NCBI GenBank assembly: GCA_035253695.1
Contig: DATFBS010000064.1
Coordinates: 1 to 50,696, forward strand
DNA: 50,696 nt
Source of the DNA: Gemmatimonadaceae bacterium
GTDB lineage: Bacteria > Gemmatimonadota > Gemmatimonadetes > Gemmatimonadales > Gemmatimonadaceae
Direction of reading: 5' to 3'
In this document: piece by piece, positions 45,701-50,696 of the stretch
Layout of the letters: every line of letters begins with the position of its first letter
Position numbering within the stretch: position 1 is the stretch's first letter
Notes under the pieces: model-generated
What the model was told of the DNA's origin: nothing
The model's input: only the letters and a program-made list of their open reading frames with translations
The model's database searches: none
Program-made: the position numbers and the translations under genes

Positions 45701-45843
45701 CCGTGCGCAACCTCGGCATGCTGTGGACGGAGTACACGGGGGTCGATCCCGAAGCCTTCGGCACCACCGGGGATGCGCCGTCATCGTTCCAGGCCTTCGG
45801 CCCGCCAACGTACTTCTCGTTCCGTCTCACCCTCGGCTTCTAG
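42760..45843 (+). CDS. SusC/RagA-family TonB-dependent outer-membrane receptor
   Basis: Start MGTRSLIRAVVLTASLG (signal). CarboxypepD_reg N-terminal domain. Plug region (IDGIRVEG...NPEEIESIEIVKGPSAATLYG). Long β-barrel ending in an aromatic residue (TLGF). Confidence 0.85.
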   Translation: MGTRSLIRAVVLTASLGTLASIAGAQEQQATITGRVTDASTGEPIASAQVSVVGTAIGAATNSEGRYTIRGVRAGVVELRVLRVGYAERKQSVTVAAGQATTADFAMTVAPISLAPVVTTATGEQRRVELGNSIGNVDAAKLTEEKPISNIGDLLASRVSGVTVTPGVQTGAGIRIRIRGTSSLSLTNNPIYVIDGIRVEGTTGASSVSVGGTTTSRVGDINPEEIESIEIVKGPSAATLYGTDAANGVVVIRTKRGVSGRAQWTYYTEQTAITDRSDYPTAYRAWRTGTTSTTNSTPSNTVQCFLSQVLTAACTQDSVTSFNLHEDDETTPYGIGYRQQHGLQLAGGSETIRYFVHGEWEDEDGVTKLPKFDERYLAARGLSLRDEQQDPNHLRRITGRANISFAPRDNLDLAVHAGYTSLDIRLPMSDDSGTAGIAANTYGGPGFKYNMNAAGDTLYGWREFTPRDVYEAVTEQNIERLISSVSANWRPREWLAVRSNFGVDYINRVDLQLCRFGECTNSTDRAGFKEDNRTNYFLYTLDAGATATRQLSDALESQTTAGLQVTRNVFNRNGARGEQLPPGATTVGTGSVIRADEATTESRTVGAFLEQRMAFRDRLFVTGAIRSDRNSAFGADFETVFYPKFSLSWILSEEPSFPALGWLNQFRLRTAYGASGVQPGTTDAVQFYSSTRTIGESGEATGVAFTALGNRDLKPERSNEWEGGFDASFFNSRVNTELTYYRKISKDALVSRTLPPSIGTGATTRFENLGEVRNSGWEAMIDAQIIDMDRFGWSLTMTGSTNSNELVSLGGVPPIITSSTLRQVEGYPLNGWWSRRLVSYNDANRDGIIALGEIVVSDTAEFHGYSSPRREAAFTNTFSFLNRRLRLSALMDYKGGHLVYNNSERIRCASRFNCAGLVSRNASLFEQARTVMVREHASRSVAGFFEKGDFLRFRELALTLTPSDEWAARLFRGRSITATAAVRNLGMLWTEYTGVDPEAFGTTGDAPSSFQAFGPPTYFSFRLTLGF

Positions 45844-45855
45844 GACGACGATCCG

Positions 45856-47253
45856 ATGATTTCATACACGAGGACACGCTCGGTACTCACCCGGCTGCGT
45901 CGGTCCGCGGCGGTGGTGTCACTCACCGTCGCTGCCGCGGGAGCTCTTCCGCTGGCGAGCTGCTCGCCGGACGATTTTCTGACGATTACCGACCCGGACA
46001 TCATCAATCCCAGCGATGTGCAGTCGCCCGCGGGAGCGAACGCGGTACGACTCGGCGCAATATCTCGGTTCAAAATGGCCACCAGCGGAGCGCCGCCCAC
46101 GGGAGCCGATACCTCGAGCCTATTCCTGCTCGGAGGGTTGTTCGCTGACGAATGGATCAACGGCGATTCGTTCATTGCACGGCAGGAGATCGACCAGCGG
46201 GTCATCACCACCGAGAACACGTTCCTGACCACGGCCAACCGCATTCTGCACCGCGCGAGGTTCAACGCCGAGCTCGCCGTCGAGCTGCTCGCGCAGTGGG
46301 TCCCCAACGCCCCCGCGTGGCAGGTCGGCGAGATGCACCTCATTCAGGCCTACGTCGCGAACATTCTGGCCGAGCACTATTGCGACGGCCTGGTCTTCAG
46401 CGAAGTCGTCGACGGACGGGAAGTGTACGGAACGCCGATCACCGTGATGCAGACGTTGGAGCGTGCCCTCGAGCACGCGAACGACGGGCTCGCGCTAACG
46501 TTCGGTACGGACACGGCATCGCTTCGCGTCCAGCGGTCGCTGCAGGTCATCAAAGGACGCATTCTGTTGAACCTGAATCGCCCGGCTGAGGCAGCCACGG
46601 CGGTGGCAGGGGTACCCGCGAATTTCGCGTACATCAACGCGCACAGCACGACGACCAGCATCAACGGGGTGTGGCAGTACAACAACCTCGCGCGGCGGTA
46701 CAGCGTCGGGAACGCGGAGGGTGGGAACGGGATCAACTTCGCGACAGCCGGGGACCCACGACTCCCGGTGTGCGTCGGCGGTACGACCGGATGCATCTCG
46801 CAGTCGACCCGCGACGATCAGTCGCAGCCGATACACGTGCAGCGGAAATGGCCGAATTCGGATAGTCCCGTCGCCATCATCACTGGCGTCGAGGCTCGGA
46901 TGATTCGGGCCGAGGCATTGCTCCGCGCGGGAAACTTCGCGGCGGCATTGGACACGATCAACGCCGCGCGGACGGGGGTCACCGGGCTCACGCCGCTGAC
47001 CGACCCGGGAAGTGACTCGGCTCGGGTGAGTCTGCTCTTCCGCGAGCGTGCCTTCTGGATGTTCGGGACCGGCACTCGCGTCGGGGATCTTCGCCGGCTC
47101 ATTCGCCAGTATGGCCGACCACAGAACACCGTCTTCCCGACGGGAGTGTGGCACAAGGGCGGGAACTACGGCACCGACGTCAACATGCCCGTTCCGCAGG
47201 CCGAGCTGAACAACCCGAACGTCGAGCAGGCCTGCCTCAATCGGAATGCGTAG
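45856..47253 (+). CDS. SusD/RagB-family outer-membrane lipoprotein
   Basis: Lipobox LASCSPDD. C-terminal RagB/SusD signature (EARMIRAEALLRAGNFAAALDTINAAR). Immediately downstream of the SusC gene. Confidence 0.7.
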   Translation: MISYTRTRSVLTRLRRSAAVVSLTVAAAGALPLASCSPDDFLTITDPDIINPSDVQSPAGANAVRLGAISRFKMATSGAPPTGADTSSLFLLGGLFADEWINGDSFIARQEIDQRVITTENTFLTTANRILHRARFNAELAVELLAQWVPNAPAWQVGEMHLIQAYVANILAEHYCDGLVFSEVVDGREVYGTPITVMQTLERALEHANDGLALTFGTDTASLRVQRSLQVIKGRILLNLNRPAEAATAVAGVPANFAYINAHSTTTSINGVWQYNNLARRYSVGNAEGGNGINFATAGDPRLPVCVGGTTGCISQSTRDDQSQPIHVQRKWPNSDSPVAIITGVEARMIRAEALLRAGNFAAALDTINAARTGVTGLTPLTDPGSDSARVSLLFRERAFWMFGTGTRVGDLRRLIRQYGRPQNTVFPTGVWHKGGNYGTDVNMPVPQAELNNPNVEQACLNRNA

Positions 47254-49387
47254 CTGGCTGTTCGCGGCCGCCTGTGTGGCCGCGGTCGGACACGGCGTCG
47301 CAGCTCAGGCACCTAACGAGGTGCCTGAGCTCGCGCGCCGCGTGGAGGTGCGGCGGACGGCGTTCGGAGTTCCGCACATCAAGGCCGACGATCTGCGTGC
47401 CGCGGCGTATGCGCTCGCCTACGTGCAGCTCGAGGATCACGGCGCGCGGGTCGCGATCGGTCTGCTGCGTGCGCGCGGCGAGATGGGTCGCTGGTTCGGG
47501 CGCGACAGCATGGAAAGCGACTTCTCGGCCAAGCGGGACTATGCGCTGGCGGTGGAGCACTACGCGCAGATCGATCAGGCGACACGCGACGTGTACGAGG
47601 GGTTCGCGGCCGGGGTCAATCGATACATCGCGCTCCATCCCGAGGAGTTTCCGCCGGAGTTCGCGCCGAACTTCACCGGATACGATGTCGCGGCGCGCGA
47701 CGTGAGCTCGGCGTCAGCCGCGCAGGCTCGGCGATTTCTCGCCCGATTCGAGGCCCCACGGCAGCGCGGGCCCGGCGACGCGCCTCCTCCGAGCGAGGGC
47801 ATCGACGACATCGAGGAAGGATCCAACGCCTGGGCCTTCGCGCCGAGCCGCACGAGGTCGGGGCGCGCGATTCTCCTTCGCAATCCGCACCTCTCGTGGA
47901 CCGCCGGATACTACGAGGCGCACGTCACCGTCCCTGGGGTGCTCGATTTCTACGGAGATTTCCGCATCGGCGGGCCCTTCGGCGTCATCGGCGGCTTCAA
48001 TCGCCACCTCGGGTGGGCGACGACGAACAATGCGCCCGATCTCGACGAGATCTACGCGCTCGACGTCGATCCATCACTCCCCGATCACTTCCTGTTCAAT
48101 GGGACGTCGCTTCCCGTGCAGCGCGAGCTCGTGACGGTCGCCTTCCGGAACGGGCCCGGCGTGTCCACCGAGACTCGTGAGATGTGGCGGACGCCGCTCG
48201 GACCGGTCATCCATCGCGACAGCGGCAAGGTGTACGTGCTTCGCGCAGCTGCCGAGGGAGAGTTCCGCGCCGGCGAGCAGTTCCTGCGGATGATGCGGGC
48301 GCAATCGCTCGCCGAATGGAAGGACGCGATGCGTATCCGTGCCCGGGTGAACTCCAACTTCACCTATGCCGATCGTGCGGGAAACATCTTCTACGTATGG
48401 AACGCCTCGATTCCCGCGCTGCCGCATCCAAGCGGAGGAGATACGACGGCGGTGCCAGCGCGCGGTATCGACGACGTGTGGACTCGTTATGTGCCCTTCG
48501 ATTCGCTGCCGCAGCTCCTCAACCCGCGCGGCGGCTATGTGCGCAACGAGAACGATCCGCCCTACCATACGAACTTGCGGCAGGTGCTCGATCGCTCGCG
48601 CTACCCCGCCAACTTCCCCGAGCCGCTGCTGCGACTCCGCAGCCAGCTGAGTCTCGCGTTGATCGACCCACCGAAGAAGCTGAGCCTCGAGGACGTCGTC
48701 GCGCTGAAGCACTCCTATCGCATGCTGCTCGCCGATCGCGTCAAGGATGACCTCGTGGCGGCGGTGAGAGCCTCGTCGCCTTCCCCGCCGGTGAGCGAGG
48801 CGATCGAGCTCCTCAGGCGCTGGGACAACACCGCCGGACACACGAGCCGTGGGGGCGTGCTCTTCGAAACGTGGTGGCGGAAATACGTCGAGGGCGCCAA
48901 TCCCGACACGATGTTCGCACAGCCGTGGTCCGTCGAAGCCGCGGCGACGACTCCCCGAGGTCTGAAGGACCGCTCGAGAGCCGCCGAGGCATTTGCCTGG
49001 GCTGTCGAGGAGACGACGCGGCGGCATGGCCGCTACGATGTCGCCTGGGGTGAAGTACATCGCGTGCGCATCGGCACGGTCGACGTGCCGGTTGGTGGAT
49101 GCAGCGGCGCCCTTGGCTGCTTCCGCGTGCTCAACTTCAGAACCGACGCCGACGGCAAACGCTCGGTGGTCGGGGGCGATGGCTGGGTCATCGCCGTCGA
49201 GTTCACCGATACGCCGCGCGCCTACTCGGTGCTCGCGTACGGAGAAAGCGCGCGCGAGGACTCACCGCATCACGCCGATCAGGCCGAGATGTTCGCGCGC
49301 GGCGAAATGAAGCGCGTGGCCCTCACCGAGCGCGACATCGAGTCACAAACGATTCGTCGCTACCGCCCGGGCGCCATCGCCCCGTGA
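47246..49387 (+). CDS. penicillin acylase-family Ntn-hydrolase (AHL acylase/PvdQ-like), secreted
   Basis: Signal peptide. β-subunit N-terminal nucleophile motif GSNAWA. Overall length and motifs fit the family. It overlaps the SusD stop by 8 nt. Confidence 0.8.
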   Translation: MRSWLFAAACVAAVGHGVAAQAPNEVPELARRVEVRRTAFGVPHIKADDLRAAAYALAYVQLEDHGARVAIGLLRARGEMGRWFGRDSMESDFSAKRDYALAVEHYAQIDQATRDVYEGFAAGVNRYIALHPEEFPPEFAPNFTGYDVAARDVSSASAAQARRFLARFEAPRQRGPGDAPPPSEGIDDIEEGSNAWAFAPSRTRSGRAILLRNPHLSWTAGYYEAHVTVPGVLDFYGDFRIGGPFGVIGGFNRHLGWATTNNAPDLDEIYALDVDPSLPDHFLFNGTSLPVQRELVTVAFRNGPGVSTETREMWRTPLGPVIHRDSGKVYVLRAAAEGEFRAGEQFLRMMRAQSLAEWKDAMRIRARVNSNFTYADRAGNIFYVWNASIPALPHPSGGDTTAVPARGIDDVWTRYVPFDSLPQLLNPRGGYVRNENDPPYHTNLRQVLDRSRYPANFPEPLLRLRSQLSLALIDPPKKLSLEDVVALKHSYRMLLADRVKDDLVAAVRASSPSPPVSEAIELLRRWDNTAGHTSRGGVLFETWWRKYVEGANPDTMFAQPWSVEAAATTPRGLKDRSRAAEAFAWAVEETTRRHGRYDVAWGEVHRVRIGTVDVPVGGCSGALGCFRVLNFRTDADGKRSVVGGDGWVIAVEFTDTPRAYSVLAYGESAREDSPHHADQAEMFARGEMKRVALTERDIESQTIRRYRPGAIAP

Positions 49388-49399
49388 GCGAGGCCTCCC

Positions 49400-49921
49400 T
49401 CAAAAGGGGATGCGCGACGCGATCGCAAGCGAACCATGCCTCGTCGGTAGGATCGAGAGACGCGCTGGAACGTCAGTGTCCCGCCAGCGCTCGAAGCTGC
49501 CGACGACGAGCCCCAGGATAGTTCCGACTGCGAGACCGGTTGTGGCACCAAGAGCGGCGGCCGGCCCCCCTTCGAAGCACCAAAAGCCCGTACAGTCGAT
49601 CACCTCCGCCCAGGCGAAGCCGACCACGCCGCCGACGACCAGGCCACCGAGGGCGCCCCTCCCAGCACTCCGGCCGCGACTGGTTCCCCTGCTGACCTCG
49701 AGCCGGCGTATCACCGAGCGCGGAAAGGTGAAGTCACCCCGGTCGTGACGAACCACCAGCGTCGAGTCGGTAACCGCGATCAGCCGTCCGACGACCACTT
49801 GGGCTGGGGACGCGGGCGTGATTCGGATTCGCGTCCCCCGAGGAAGAGTCTCCGCCGTCTGCGCCGATGCAGCTCCGACAACGAAGAGCATTGCCAGCAG
49901 GATCGTAGGTGACGCTCTCAT
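49400..49921 (-). CDS. hypothetical secreted/membrane protein with C-terminal glycine-zipper segment (paralog 1)
   Basis: Signal peptide, small β-rich domain, then a Gly-rich hydrophobic segment (GALGGLVVGGVVGFAWA). About 40% identical to the next gene. Confidence 0.5.
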   Translation of the reverse strand: MRASPTILLAMLFVVGAASAQTAETLPRGTRIRITPASPAQVVVGRLIAVTDSTLVVRHDRGDFTFPRSVIRRLEVSRGTSRGRSAGRGALGGLVVGGVVGFAWAEVIDCTGFWCFEGGPAAALGATTGLAVGTILGLVVGSFERWRDTDVPARLSILPTRHGSLAIASRIPF

Positions 49922-49976
49922 TGCGACCCCCGCACTGAAGACGGTGCCAACTTAGGAGGTCGGGGCGGCCCGCAGC

Positions 49977-49994
49977 CTACGTCATGTTACGTAG
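49977..49994. promoter_or_regulatory. palindromic motif CTACGTcatgttACGTAG, ~56-73 bp upstream of the paralog 1 start
   Basis: Read directly. The same motif with the same spacing occurs upstream of paralog 2 (50591-50607). Confidence 0.35.
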
Positions 49995-50004
49995 CCGTGG
50001 AACG

Positions 50005-50535
50005 CTAGAACGCGATGCTCGATACGATCGACACCGACCGCCCGGCTATCGGTACCATCGAGAGACGCATCGGCACCGCCGTGGCTCGCCAGATCTCGCC
50101 ACCGCCTGTAACAACGCCGATGAGGGTGCCTATCGACAGGCCAGCGAAGGCGCCGAACGCCCCAGTCGCGCGTCGGTCAAAGCAAATGAAATCCCCGCTG
50201 TCGCAGTCGTCTCCCGCGGCAACACCCAACACCCCTCCGATCGCGAGGCCGATGAGGGCGCCCTTCCTGGCGTTTTCGCCGCGACTGACTCTTCGGCGGA
50301 CCTCGAGGCGCTCGACATCCGAGCGGGGGATGCTGACGTCGCCCGAGTCGAGCTGCCGGACCAACAGCGCCGAATCGCTCAGGGCGACCAGCTGCCCAAC
50401 CACGACGGACGGGTTGTTCGCGGTCCTCACCCGGACGAGAGCACCCGTGGGAACCGGCCGAGACGCCTGCGCTGGAACTGAAGTAACGACGACCACCGAA
50501 AGCAGTGCACACAGAGGCATTGATGTCGCTCGCAT
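50005..50535 (-). CDS. hypothetical secreted/membrane protein with glycine-zipper segment (paralog 2)
   Basis: Same architecture as 49400-49921 (signal peptide, β-domain, GALIGLAIGGVLGVAAG). Confidence 0.5.
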   Translation of the reverse strand: MRATSMPLCALLSVVVVTSVPAQASRPVPTGALVRVRTANNPSVVVGQLVALSDSALLVRQLDSGDVSIPRSDVERLEVRRRVSRGENARKGALIGLAIGGVLGVAAGDDCDSGDFICFDRRATGAFGAFAGLSIGTLIGVVTGGGEIWRATAVPMRLSMVPIAGRSVSIVSSIAF

Positions 50536-50590
50536 GGCGACCTCCCCACTGAGGACGGTCGCAAGCTAGACCACATGGGTGTACCACGCC

Positions 50591-50607
50591 CTACGTCATG
50601 CTACGTA
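50591..50607. promoter_or_regulatory. palindromic motif CTACGTcatgcTACGTA flanked by CCACGCC direct repeats, ~56-72 bp upstream of the paralog 2 start
   Basis: Read directly. It is conserved with 49977-49994. A T9 run follows at 50618-50627. Confidence 0.35.
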
Positions 50608-50696
50608 TCCACGCCGCTTTTTTTTTCTTACGGCAGAGGGAGGCGAGGATGTCCAGGTCGTCGAGGTGATCGAGGAGAAACAACGACGTTCTCTGG

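Overview
Very GC-rich bacterial chromosomal window, roughly 70% GC. The gene content suggests Gemmatimonadota or a related soil lineage: SusC/SusD pairs, CarboxypepD_reg domains, a BTAD-TPR regulator and a fused E1 component. That assignment is inference. Coding density is high, about 50 genes. Mostly housekeeping or envelope genes: NAD synthetase, PBP1A, a fused alpha/beta 2-oxoacid dehydrogenase E1, SpoIID/LytB, two amidohydrolases, a LytS/LytTR two-component pair, flotillin-NfeD, a cytochrome c-multicopper oxidase operon, and a SusC/SusD/penicillin-acylase cluster. Three things stand out. (1) At ~26.1-29.0 kb, two paralogous small peptide genes share a conserved ~22-aa leader and have Gly/Asn/Pro-rich, Cys-free cores. 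They sit directly upstream of one 775-aa protein that fuses a PqqD-like RRE domain, an M50/site-2 protease (HEFAH and NxxPxxxLDG motifs) and a HlyD-type periplasmic adaptor. This looks like an uncharacterised leader-dependent peptide maturation and export locus. (2) Almost every larger intergenic gap holds a long palindromic element built from tandem 7-10 nt units. There are at least six sequence families and nine instances. Several overlap start codons or sit inside 5' coding regions. (3) A ~200-bp highly structured element occurs twice, 4 kb apart. I could not recognise any rRNA, tRNA, CRISPR array, transposase or integrase.
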